In this document: one piece after another, positions 55,421-64,000 of the stretch
Layout of the letters: each line of letters begins with the position of its first letter
Position numbering within the stretch: the stretch's first letter is position 1
From: Deltaproteobacteria bacterium
Lineage (GTDB): Bacteria > Myxococcota_A > UBA9160 > SMWR01
Length of the DNA: 64,000 nt
Direction: 5' to 3'
Assembly (NCBI GenBank): GCA_031405455.1
Contig: JANNIY010000067.1
Span: 14,443-78,442 of the forward strand
The notes under the pieces: model-generated
What the model was told of the DNA's origin: nothing
What the model saw: the letters and a program-made list of their open reading frames with translations, nothing else
Databases searched by the model: none
Translations under genes and position numbers: made by a program

Positions 55421-56521
55421 TCAAGTCCGACGGTACAGGGTTTCGAGTTCGCTCTTTTCACGGTGGCGCGCCAGCGCGAGTTCGATCAAGCGATCGAGCA
55501 GCGCCGCGTAGGGCAGGCCCGACGCTTCCCACAGCCGCGGGTACATCGATCCCTCCGTGAAACCCGGCAGGCTGTTCACCTCGTTCACGAACAGCTCCCC
55601 CGTGTGGCGATCCAGCAAGAAATCGACACGCGCCATTCCGGCGCCCTCGAGGATGCGGACAGCCTCGATCGCGATCGCCCGCGCGGACTGGCTTTGCGCT
55701 TCGTCGATCGGCGCGGGAATCAACAGCTCCGTGTCCTCGTCGACGTACTTCGCTTCGTAGTCGTACCACTCGCGCCGCGTGCGGATCTCGCCGACGACGG
55801 AGGCCTCGATGGGATCGTTGCCGAGCAGCGCCACTTCGATCTCCCGGGCATCGACGGCTCGCTCGACGAGTAGTTTGCGGTCGTAGCGCGCGGCTTCGAA
55901 CAGCGCCGGGACGAGTTCGCTGCGCTGTTTCACCTTGCTGATGCCCACCGACGAGCCGAGATTCGCCGGTTTCACGAAGACGGGCAGGCCGAGCGCAGCG
56001 AGCGCGCGGGTGGCAGCCGCCTCGGCGTCCGCGCGCAGCTCCTCACGCCGGATCAACAGCCACGGTACGACGGGCACTCCCGCCGCCGCGAGCAGCCGCT
56101 TCGAAGTTTCCTTGTCCATCTGCAGCGCGGAACCGAGCACGCCCGAGCCGACGTAGGGCACGCCCGCGAGTTCGAGCAGGCCTTGCAGCGTGCCGTCCTC
56201 CCCGCCCTGGCCATGCACGATCGGAAAGATCACGTCGACGGGTCGGAGCGCGTGCGAGAGATCCCGGGGGTCGCGCGAATTCGACACGAGAGAGTGTTCT
56301 CCCGGGATGGCGGAGAGGGTCACCTCCTCGCCGCTCGTGGCCGCCTCGGGCGGCAGCGCGGGAGAGCCCAGGTGCCAACGCCCCGCGTGGTCGATCGCAA
56401 CGAGCGAGACGTCGTAGCGGGTCGGATCGAGCGCTTTCAGGATGCAGGTCGCCGAGGTGACCGAGACCTCGTGCTCGACGGAGCGTCCCCCGAACAACAA
56501 AGCGACGCGAAGCTTGGCCAT
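55421..56521 (-). CDS. ddl: D-alanine-D-alanine ligase
   Basis: GGRSVEHEVS, HGQGGEDG, KPANLGSSVG, YDYEAKY, NEVNSLPG. Confidence 0.96.
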   Translation of the reverse strand: MAKLRVALLFGGRSVEHEVSVTSATCILKALDPTRYDVSLVAIDHAGRWHLGSPALPPEAATSGEEVTLSAIPGEHSLVSNSRDPRDLSHALRPVDVIFPIVHGQGGEDGTLQGLLELAGVPYVGSGVLGSALQMDKETSKRLLAAAGVPVVPWLLIRREELRADAEAAATRALAALGLPVFVKPANLGSSVGISKVKQRSELVPALFEAARYDRKLLVERAVDAREIEVALLGNDPIEASVVGEIRTRREWYDYEAKYVDEDTELLIPAPIDEAQSQSARAIAIEAVRILEGAGMARVDFLLDRHTGELFVNEVNSLPGFTEGSMYPRLWEASGLPYAALLDRLIELALARHREKSELETLYRRT

Positions 56522-56631
56522 CCCCCCTCCCCAATCGCCTGCCAGCATAGACTGCGGCGCGGCGTCGTCCCAAGTTCGGCGCGCGGACGCGTCGGCTTGA
56601 CCGCTTCCGGGGCGCCTCGTAAGCTCGGATC

Positions 56632-57480
56632 GTGGCTCCCATCCCCCCGGAACTCCAGCGAAAAGAGGCTGCTCTCGGAGAGACGCTGCGGGCCGCAGGA
56701 CGCGTCATCGTGGCGTTTTCGGGCGGCGTCGACTCGAGCTATCTCGCCTTCGCGGCGCACCGCGCGCTCGGCGGCGGCTCGCTCGCGGTGACGGCCGAGT
56801 CGCCCTCCTATCCCGCGAGTCACCGTGCGATGGCCGAGCGGGTGGTGGCGGATTTCGACATCCCCCACCGCTTCGTTCGCACCCATGAGATGGAGAGCGA
56901 AGCCTACCGCGTCAATCAACCGGATCGTTGCTTCCACTGCAAGACGGAGCTGTTCGATGTGCTCGGAACGCTGCGCGAGGAGCTCGGCTTCGACGCGGTG
57001 GCCTACGGCGTGAACACGGACGACACCAGTGATTTCCGTCCGGGCCACCGGGCCGCGCAAGAGCACGCCGTTCTCTCGCCGTTCCTCGCGGTGTCGCTGT
57101 CGAAGACCGAGATCCGAGCGCTCTCGCACGCGGCGGGGCTGCCGACCGCGGATCTCCCGTCCTCGGCCTGTCTCTCGTCCCGGTTGCCCTACGGCACGCG
57201 CGTCACTCCCGAGCGTCTGCGGCAGGTCGACGAAGGCGAAGAGCGCCTGCGTGCGCTCGGATTCAGGCAGGTGCGGCTCCGACATCACGGGCCGCTCGCG
57301 CGCATCGAGGTCGAGCCGTCCGAGCTGCCGCGTGCGCTGGAACCGGCGATGGCGCGGCGCATCGCCGACGTCGTCAAGGCGCTCGGCTTCCGCTGGGTCT
57401 CACTCGACCTCGACGGCTATCGCACGGGGTCTCTGAATGAGGGGCTCGCGCTCTCCGATCCGGCCCCGATCGAATCGTGA
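56632..57480 (+). CDS. larE: ATP-dependent sacrificial sulfur transferase LarE family
   Basis: PP-loop AFSGGVDS, RCFHCK, DFRPG, ACLSSR, QVRLRHH, GYRTGSLN. Confidence 0.9.
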   Translation: MAPIPPELQRKEAALGETLRAAGRVIVAFSGGVDSSYLAFAAHRALGGGSLAVTAESPSYPASHRAMAERVVADFDIPHRFVRTHEMESEAYRVNQPDRCFHCKTELFDVLGTLREELGFDAVAYGVNTDDTSDFRPGHRAAQEHAVLSPFLAVSLSKTEIRALSHAAGLPTADLPSSACLSSRLPYGTRVTPERLRQVDEGEERLRALGFRQVRLRHHGPLARIEVEPSELPRALEPAMARRIADVVKALGFRWVSLDLDGYRTGSLNEGLALSDPAPIES

Positions 57481-58358
57481 TCGACGCAATCGAGTGTGAG
57501 GGGGCCCCGCGCGACCTCGGGCTCGACCAGGGGCGAGCCTGCCGCGCAGCGTTGCGCGAGGCGTTCGCACGTTCGGTTCCGAGAGAGCGCTGGCCGCTCC
57601 CGCTCGGCGTCCACTACGCGCGCCTCGAACGCGATCTGAAGCGCCACTTTCCGCACCTGGCCGAGGCGCACGCCGGCCTCGCGGCCGGAGCCGGCGTGCC
57701 GTCGCGCTGGCTCGTGCGGCGATTGGCGGATGAGTTGGTCAGTGGTGCGGGTGGAACCCAGGCGGTGGCGAGCGGGCTCGGACCGGCGACGCTGCTCGCC
57801 GTCGAGTGCGCGGGGACGTGGATCGCGCGGCGCAGCCGTCCGGAAGGAGGCTTCGCTTGCGCGGCGTTCGTGCGCCCGTGGCTGGTAGCGGGCTTTGCCG
57901 GCGTGAACGAAGCCGGCCTCGGCGTCGTCGCGGTGCCCGGGAGCGGCGCCGCCGGAGCGTGCAGCGCGCCGGCCGCGCTGCTGGCTCAGGATTGCCTCGA
58001 ACGTTTTGGGAAAGTCGAGAGCGCGCTCGATTGGTGCAGCGGCCGGCCCGCCGGTCACGCTGCGGCGCTGCTGTTCGGCGATGCGCGCGGCGAACTCGCG
58101 GGTGTCGAGATCCGAGCCGGCGTGCGCCGCGTGCTGCGCCCGGATGCGTCGCTGCTCGCCTGGGCGGACGACGGGTCGCGCGCCGTCGCGCTCGCCAAGT
58201 TCTTGCGTCAGAGCGCGCCGGAGACCCCCGACGCGCTGGCTAGAGGCCTGGCGTCGGCGCGCGTGCCGGCCGGTGCGATTGCGATCATCGATCCCGCGGC
58301 GCGGCGTCTGGGTGTGCTCCGCTCACCGGAAGCCGAGCTCGATTGGCTCGTGCTCTAG
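57477..58358 (+). CDS. Divergent peptidase C45 (Ntn-hydrolase)-like protein
   Basis: GAPRDLGLDQG and AGVNEAGL motifs; GTGA coupling to larE; catalytic Cys not evident. Confidence 0.6.
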   Translation: MIDAIECEGAPRDLGLDQGRACRAALREAFARSVPRERWPLPLGVHYARLERDLKRHFPHLAEAHAGLAAGAGVPSRWLVRRLADELVSGAGGTQAVASGLGPATLLAVECAGTWIARRSRPEGGFACAAFVRPWLVAGFAGVNEAGLGVVAVPGSGAAGACSAPAALLAQDCLERFGKVESALDWCSGRPAGHAAALLFGDARGELAGVEIRAGVRRVLRPDASLLAWADDGSRAVALAKFLRQSAPETPDALARGLASARVPAGAIAIIDPAARRLGVLRSPEAELDWLVL

Positions 58359-58364
58359 CCGGAG

Positions 58365-58901
58365 CTAGACGCCTTCGCACAGTGAAACCACTGCCTGCGC
58401 GTCGAGCGTCACGCGCAGGAAGTCGCGGATCGCGGGCCGCTCGAAGCCTTCGGAGATCGAGCGTTCGAAGTGGGCGACGAGCGAATCGAAGAAGTGCTCC
58501 GTCGAGAGTAACACCATCATGCGTCGATGGTGGCCGAGCTTGCGAAACGACAGGATTTCTGCGAGCTCCTCGAGCGTTCCGAGGCCGCCCGGCAGCGCCA
58601 CGAAGGCATCGGCGCGCTGGTCGAGCCCGGCCTTGCGTGAGCGCATGTCGTCGACCTCGTGCAGCTCGGCGATTCCCGTGTGGTGGGCGTCCTGCGCGAT
58701 GAACTCGCGCAGGATCACGCCGTGGACGATACCGCCTGCCGCGAGCGCGGCGTCGGCGACGGTGCCCATCAGGCCGGTGCGCCCACCGCCGTAGACGAGA
58801 ACGTGGCCTCGTCGTGCGATCGAGTCGCCGATGATGCGGGCGTCTGCGTGGTAGGCCTCCGGAACCCGCGAGCTCGAGCCGCAGAAGACCGCGATGCGCA
58901 C
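58365..58901 (-). CDS. LOG family nucleotide phosphoribohydrolase (TIGR00730-like)
   Basis: VFCGSS, VYGGG, MRSRK, PGGLGTLEE. Confidence 0.92.
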   Translation of the reverse strand: MRIAVFCGSSSRVPEAYHADARIIGDSIARRGHVLVYGGGRTGLMGTVADAALAAGGIVHGVILREFIAQDAHHTGIAELHEVDDMRSRKAGLDQRADAFVALPGGLGTLEELAEILSFRKLGHHRRMMVLLSTEHFFDSLVAHFERSISEGFERPAIRDFLRVTLDAQAVVSLCEGV

Positions 58902-58911
58902 GCGGCGGGAG

Positions 58912-60345
58912 CTAGCGCCGGCGCCGCCGCCGCGCCCGCGGCGGGCGCTGGTCGGCCTCGGCATCCCCGTCGCGCGCGCCTTGCACCATCTCGCGCGCGG
59001 TGGGCGCCTCGGCCGGCGCCACCACGGTCGTCTCCGGTCGGTGCTCCTGCAGATAGGCGGCGCAAACTGCGGCGATGTCGCGTCGGCCCTCGGCGGTTGC
59101 GGCCAGGGCGTCGACGACGGGCAGGAAGCGATCCAGGTTCCACTTGCGCTCGCGCTCGGGCAGCGCGCGCAGCTCCTGTTCGATCTTCACCGAGAGTCGA
59201 TCGCGAAGTCGCTCCACGATTTCCGCTTCCGTCGGCAGCTTGCGCTCGGCGATCCGGATCTGGTTCACCTGTTGCAGGTAGCGAAAGTTCCCGATGTCGA
59301 GTCCGGAGACCAGGGAGATCGCAATTCCGGCCTTCCCGGCGCGTCCCGTGCGTCCGGTGCGGTGGATGTAGACCTCGGGCGAATCGGGCGAGGAGTAGCC
59401 GATCACGTGCGAGAGGTCGCTGATGTCGATGCCGCGCGCGGCCACGTCCGTCGCCACCAGGAAACGCAACTTGCCCGCCTTGATGCGGCCCATCGCGAGC
59501 TCGCGGGCAGCTTGCGTGAGATCGCCGGAGATCTGGTCGGCGTCGTAGCCGCGGCGCTGGAGAAATGCGGTCACGTAGCGAACGTCGCTCTTCGTGTTGC
59601 AGAAGATGATGGCGCTGTCGGGATCCTCGTACTCGAGGAGCTTGACCAGGTTCGAATCCTTCTCCTGGGCCGTCGTCAGCATGAAGAAGTGCTCGATCTC
59701 CTGCGGCGCGACCTGCCCTTCGGAAAGCGACACGAACATCGGATCGTGAAGGAAGACGCGCGAGAGGGAACGCACGCGCTCGGGAATCGTCGCCGAAAAC
59801 AAGCACGACTGGCGCTTGCGCGGCAGGTGCTTGTGGATCTCGCGCATGTCGGGCCAGAACCCGAGAGAAAGCATTTCGTCGGCCTCGTCGAAGACGAGGA
59901 TGCGGACGTTTGCAAAGCTCAAGCGTCCGGAGCCGAGGTGGTCGAGGATGCGACCGGGCGTGCCGACGACCACGTGCGCGCCGGCCTCGATGCGCTCGAT
60001 CTGTTGCTGGTAGCCGACGCCGCCGTAGATCGGCACGGTCCGCACGCCGCGATGCCGGCCGAGCGCAGCGACTTCGTCGGCAACCTGATTGGCGAGCTCC
60101 CGCGTCGGTGCGAGAACGAGGGCCTGGCAGACGCTCTGCTCGGTGTCGATCGCTTCAGCGATGGGAATGCCGAAGGCTCCGGTCTTTCCGCTACCGGTGT
60201 GCGCCTGAACGATCAGATCGAGACCCGCACGCATGTGCGGAATCACCTTGGCCTGCACGGCGGTAGCCTGCAGCCAGCCGAGGTCGCGGGTGCTCCGCTG
60301 AATCGGTTCGGACAGGGAGCTGAACAAGTCGGAGGGGTCGTCCAT
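58912..60345 (-). CDS. DEAD-box RNA helicase
   Basis: TGSGKT, PTRELA, TPGR, DEAD, SAT, ARGID, HRTGRTGR. Confidence 0.95.
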   Translation of the reverse strand: MDDPSDLFSSLSEPIQRSTRDLGWLQATAVQAKVIPHMRAGLDLIVQAHTGSGKTGAFGIPIAEAIDTEQSVCQALVLAPTRELANQVADEVAALGRHRGVRTVPIYGGVGYQQQIERIEAGAHVVVGTPGRILDHLGSGRLSFANVRILVFDEADEMLSLGFWPDMREIHKHLPRKRQSCLFSATIPERVRSLSRVFLHDPMFVSLSEGQVAPQEIEHFFMLTTAQEKDSNLVKLLEYEDPDSAIIFCNTKSDVRYVTAFLQRRGYDADQISGDLTQAARELAMGRIKAGKLRFLVATDVAARGIDISDLSHVIGYSSPDSPEVYIHRTGRTGRAGKAGIAISLVSGLDIGNFRYLQQVNQIRIAERKLPTEAEIVERLRDRLSVKIEQELRALPERERKWNLDRFLPVVDALAATAEGRRDIAAVCAAYLQEHRPETTVVAPAEAPTAREMVQGARDGDAEADQRPPRARRRRRR

Positions 60346-60414
60346 GCGGTGCGCCGAGGCTATCCCTCCGCCCCGCGCCCCGCAACGGCGAAGCGAATCG
60401 GCTAGTCTCCGCGC

Positions 60415-60720
60415 GTGGCGCGCATCACCCGAGACGAGGTCGAAAAGGTCGCCGCGCTCGCCCGGCTTTCACTCGCGGAGGGTGTGGCCGACCGCATGAC
60501 GGCCGAGATCGGCCAGATCCTCGAGTATGCCGAGACGCTTTCTGCGGTCGATACGACGGATGTCGAGCCCACCGCTCACGCGATTCCCCTGCCGACACCG
60601 CTGCGCGAGGATCGAGCGCTTCCGCCGCTCGATCCCGAGCTCGCCCTCGCGAACGCACCGGAACGCGAGGGTTTCGCGTTCGCCGTTCCGAGGGTGATCG
60701 AGGGAAACGAAGAGGGGTAG
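60415..60720 (+). CDS. gatC: Asp/Glu-tRNA amidotransferase subunit C
   Basis: VAALARL, LRED, LANAP, FAVPRV. Confidence 0.93.
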   Translation: MARITRDEVEKVAALARLSLAEGVADRMTAEIGQILEYAETLSAVDTTDVEPTAHAIPLPTPLREDRALPPLDPELALANAPEREGFAFAVPRVIEGNEEG

Positions 60721-60721
60721 G

Positions 60722-62188
60722 GTGAGCGGCGCCTTCGAATCGCTTGCGGAGCTGGCGGGGAAGCTCGCGTCGCGCGAGGTCTCCGCCGTCGACCTGGTCG
60801 GTTCCGCCCTGGCGCGCGCGGAGGCGACGCAGCGCACGCTCCATGCCTTCGTCGGGTTGCGTCCCGAGCGAGCACTCGCGGAGGCCGCGCAGGCGGACGC
60901 TCGTCGGAGCCGCGGCGAGCCGCGATCCCCTCTCGACGGCATCCCCGTCGCGATCAAGGACAACATGGTGCAGACCGGGGAGCCGACGACCTGTGCGTCG
61001 CGCATTCTCGAAGGCTTCGTGTCGCCCTACACCGCAACGGCGGTGACGCGACTCGAGCAGGCGGGCGCCGTGGTGATCGGCCGCACGAACATGGACGAGT
61101 TTGCGATGGGTTCGTCGACTGAACACTCGAGCACGGGGCCCACCCGCAATCCGTGGCGACTCGCGTGCACGCCCGGCGGCTCCTCGGGCGGCTCCGCCGC
61201 GGCGGTGGCCGCGGGCATCGTGCCGGCAGCACTCGGTAGCGACACGGGCGGTTCGATCCGTCAGCCGGCGTCGTTCTGCGGTGTCGTAGGCGTCAAGCCC
61301 ACCTACGGACGCGTGTCGCGCTGGGGACTGGTCGCCTTTGCGTCGTCACTCGATCAAATCGGCGTCTTCGCGCGCAACGCGCGCGACGCCGCGGCCCTGC
61401 TCGAAGTGATCTCCGGCCACGATCCCAGTGATTCCACCTCGATCCCGGAGCCCGCGCCCGCACTGCGCGGCGCGCTCGACGGCGACGTCTCGGGCCTCGT
61501 CATCGGCCTGCCCAGGGAATGCTTCGTTGCGGAAGGCGTGGATCCGGAGGTGCTCGCGGCGGTGCGCGAGGGCGTATCCGAACTCGAGAGGGCCGGTGCA
61601 AAGCTGAGGGAGATCTCGCTGCCGCACACGCGCTTCGCGATCGCGACCTACTATCTGATAGCCACCGCGGAGGCGTCGAGCAATCTCGCCCGCTTCGACG
61701 GTGTTCGCTACGGGCGCCGCGCGCGTGGCGTTCACGACCTCACCGAGATGTACGAGCGCACGCGATCCGAGGGCTTCGGCGCCGAAGTGCAGCGGCGGAT
61801 CCTGCTCGGCACCTACGTCCTGTCGGCGGGCTACTACGATGCGTATTACCGCAAGGCGCAACAGGTGCGCACGCTGCTGCGCCGCGACTTCGAGCGCGCC
61901 TTCGAAGTCTGCGACGTGATCGCGACTCCGACAAGCCCCGAGGTCGCCTTCGAGCTCGGGGCGAAGACCGCGGACCCGCTTTCGATGTATCTGTCGGACA
62001 TCTACACGGTCTCCGCGAACCTCGCCGGGGTTCCCGGGGTGTCGATTCCCTGTGGCGCTGCGAAAGGCCTGCCGGTAGGGCTTCAGTTGCTGGGGCCTGC
62101 GCTCGGGGAGGCGACTCTATTTCGTGTCGCAGACGCGTTCGAGCGCCGCACACCCTGGCATGCGCGACGGCCGGAGGCGGCAGCATGA
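60722..62188 (+). CDS. gatA: Asp/Glu-tRNA amidotransferase subunit A
   Basis: [39 protein letters not shown]. Confidence 0.97.
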   Translation: MSGAFESLAELAGKLASREVSAVDLVGSALARAEATQRTLHAFVGLRPERALAEAAQADARRSRGEPRSPLDGIPVAIKDNMVQTGEPTTCASRILEGFVSPYTATAVTRLEQAGAVVIGRTNMDEFAMGSSTEHSSTGPTRNPWRLACTPGGSSGGSAAAVAAGIVPAALGSDTGGSIRQPASFCGVVGVKPTYGRVSRWGLVAFASSLDQIGVFARNARDAAALLEVISGHDPSDSTSIPEPAPALRGALDGDVSGLVIGLPRECFVAEGVDPEVLAAVREGVSELERAGAKLREISLPHTRFAIATYYLIATAEASSNLARFDGVRYGRRARGVHDLTEMYERTRSEGFGAEVQRRILLGTYVLSAGYYDAYYRKAQQVRTLLRRDFERAFEVCDVIATPTSPEVAFELGAKTADPLSMYLSDIYTVSANLAGVPGVSIPCGAAKGLPVGLQLLGPALGEATLFRVADAFERRTPWHARRPEAAA

Positions 62189-63657
62189 GCGCGCCCGCGC
62201 ATCCGCGTTTCGAAGTGGTGATCGGGCTCGAAGTCCACGCGCAACTACGCACCGAATCGAAGCTCTTCAGTCCGGCGCCGGTCAGCTACGGCGAGCTTCC
62301 GAACCACAGCGTCCATCCGATCTGCCTCGCGCTTCCCGGCGTGCTGCCGGTGCTGAACGGGCGCGCGGTGGAGCTGGCGATCCGCATGGCGCTGGCTACG
62401 CATTGCACGGTCAATCGCCACTCGGTCTTCGCGCGCAAGAATTATTTCTATCCGGACCTTCCGAAGGGCTACCAGATCTCTCAGTACGAAGACCCGATTG
62501 CGACCGGTGGTTGGATCGAGATCGTCCACGCGGACGGCGAGGCGACGCGCACCCAGCGGGTTGGCCTCACCCGCATCCACATGGAAGAGGACGCCGGGAA
62601 GTCGATCCACGATACGGTGTTCGCCGGAAGCGATTCGACGCACATCGATCTCAACCGCGCTGGCGTGCCGCTGCTGGAAATCGTCTCCGAACCCGACATG
62701 CGTTCTCCGGCGGAGGCGGCGGCCTATCTGCGCACGCTGCGCCAGATCCTGCGCGACGTCGAAGTGTCGGATGCCGACCTGGAGAAGGGACACTTCCGCT
62801 GCGATGCCAACCTGTCGCTGCGCCGGCCTGGAGAAACCGCGTTCGGGACGCGCACCGAGCTGAAGAACCTGAACTCCTTCCGATTCGTCGAACTGGCGCT
62901 CGAAGCGGAGATCGAGCGGCAGGCGGCGATTCTCGAGAGCGGCGGCCGAGTGCAGCAGGCCACGATGGCTTTCGATCCGACGACGCGTCGCACCCGCGTG
63001 CTGCGCCTCAAGGAGAATGCCGACGACTATCGCTACTTCCCGGATCCCGATCTGATCCCGTTGCGGCTCTCCGAGGAGCAGATCGAGCGGGTGCGCGCCG
63101 CATTGCCGGAGTTTTCCGAGCAGAAGTGTGCGCGCTTCCAGAGCGAGCACGGGCTTTCTGCGTACGACGCCCGACAGCTCACGTCGAGTCGTGCGCTCGC
63201 GGACTTCTTTGAACAGGCGGCGGCGGCGCACGGAACGCCCAAGGCCGTTGCGAACTGGATGCTGCGCGATCTGCTCGAGGCGCTTTCGGAGATGGAGATC
63301 GACGCCGCCCGCATCACGCCGCAAAGCCTCGCCGCCCTGATGCGTCTGGTCGACACGGGCGCAATCACGGCCAAGAGCGCGCGCGAGATCCTGCCAGTGC
63401 TCGTGCGCGAGGGGGGCGAGCCCGCCGAGTGGGTCCGCGCGCGCGGACTCGAGGCGGTGTCGGATGCGGGCGTGCTCGAGGCTGCCGTCGCGGCGGCGAT
63501 CGCGGAGAACGCGGAGAACGTCGCACGTTATCGCAATGGCGAGGAGAAGGTCCTCAACTTCCTGATGGGGCAGGTGATGCGTCGAACCGGCGGCAAGGCC
63601 AGCCCCGCGGTCGTGCGCGAGTTGCTCGCCCGCAAGCTCGCGCAAGAGCCTTCGTGA
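62185..63657 (+). CDS. gatB: Asp/Glu-tRNA amidotransferase subunit B
   Basis: [33 protein letters not shown]; ATGA overlap with gatA. Confidence 0.97.
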   Translation: MSAPAHPRFEVVIGLEVHAQLRTESKLFSPAPVSYGELPNHSVHPICLALPGVLPVLNGRAVELAIRMALATHCTVNRHSVFARKNYFYPDLPKGYQISQYEDPIATGGWIEIVHADGEATRTQRVGLTRIHMEEDAGKSIHDTVFAGSDSTHIDLNRAGVPLLEIVSEPDMRSPAEAAAYLRTLRQILRDVEVSDADLEKGHFRCDANLSLRRPGETAFGTRTELKNLNSFRFVELALEAEIERQAAILESGGRVQQATMAFDPTTRRTRVLRLKENADDYRYFPDPDLIPLRLSEEQIERVRAALPEFSEQKCARFQSEHGLSAYDARQLTSSRALADFFEQAAAAHGTPKAVANWMLRDLLEALSEMEIDAARITPQSLAALMRLVDTGAITAKSAREILPVLVREGGEPAEWVRARGLEAVSDAGVLEAAVAAAIAENAENVARYRNGEEKVLNFLMGQVMRRTGGKASPAVVRELLARKLAQEPS

Positions 63658-64000
63658 GGCGGCTCGTCCACGCCGCCCTGGGCGTGGCGATGCTCGCGAT
63701 TCTCGCCCTCGTCGCGCTGGCTGTGCTCTTGCCAAAGTGGCTCGCGAGCGATCCTGTGCGCGCGCGCATCGCGGAGGCGAGCCAGGTTGCTCTCGGGCGT
63801 GAGCTCCGGTACGGCTGGCTCGAACTCGGGTGGTCGCCGCCGGCGGTCGTGATGGCCGCGCCGGTGATCGCTGGCGCCACGTCCGACGCGCTCCCCTTCG
63901 CGCAAGCGCCGCGCGCCGTCTGGCGCGTTTCGTCGGCGTCGTTGCTGACGCTCGAGCCGTGGATCGACCAGGTCGTCATCACCGACGCGACGTTGCGATT
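63654..64000 (+). CDS. AsmA-like membrane-anchored protein, 3'-truncated by window edge
   Basis: GTGA overlap with gatB; N-terminal TM helix then VRARIAEASQVALGREL; frame open to the end. Confidence 0.55.
   Translation, partial: MRRLVHAALGVAMLAILALVALAVLLPKWLASDPVRARIAEASQVALGRELRYGWLELGWSPPAVVMAAPVIAGATSDALPFAQAPRAVWRVSSASLLTLEPWIDQVVITDATLR

Noticed and set aside
1-64000. CRISPR arrays, tRNA/rRNA, IS elements, prophage or defence systems
   Set aside because: No regularly spaced repeats, cloverleafs, transposases, integrases or phage genes recognised by eye

Overview
High-GC (about 70% by eye) bacterial chromosome segment. Gene content (long N-terminal HflX, MutS2, PEP-CTERM proteins, TMTC-like GT-C proteins, sigma54 promoters) suggests Myxococcota or a related deltaproteobacterial lineage; this is inference. 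Most of the window is housekeeping or metabolic: folC, mutS2, murQ, fabH, hflX, glmU-glmS, pcrA/uvrD, ddl, larE, a DEAD-box helicase and gatCAB. The main accessory feature is a ~23 kb cell-surface locus (32.2-55.4 kb). It holds four GT-C-type membrane glycosyltransferases (one GT39-like, three TMTC-like), a SAM methyltransferase, a TolB-like lipoprotein, a membrane-fused spermidine-synthase-like protein, two large TPR lipoproteins and two Thr-nucleophile sulfatase-fold enzymes. It also holds a tandem pair of Ser/Thr-rich PEP-CTERM proteins, each with its own sigma54 promoter, position-conserved enhancer boxes and covarying 3' hairpins. Other notable items are a candidate ~90 nt sigma54-dependent sRNA (8.8-8.9 kb), a G9-tract frameshift in a Ca-binding-repeat lipoprotein, a GH36-HAD fusion and apparent non-AUG start codons. 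No tRNA, rRNA, CRISPR array or mobile element was recognised.
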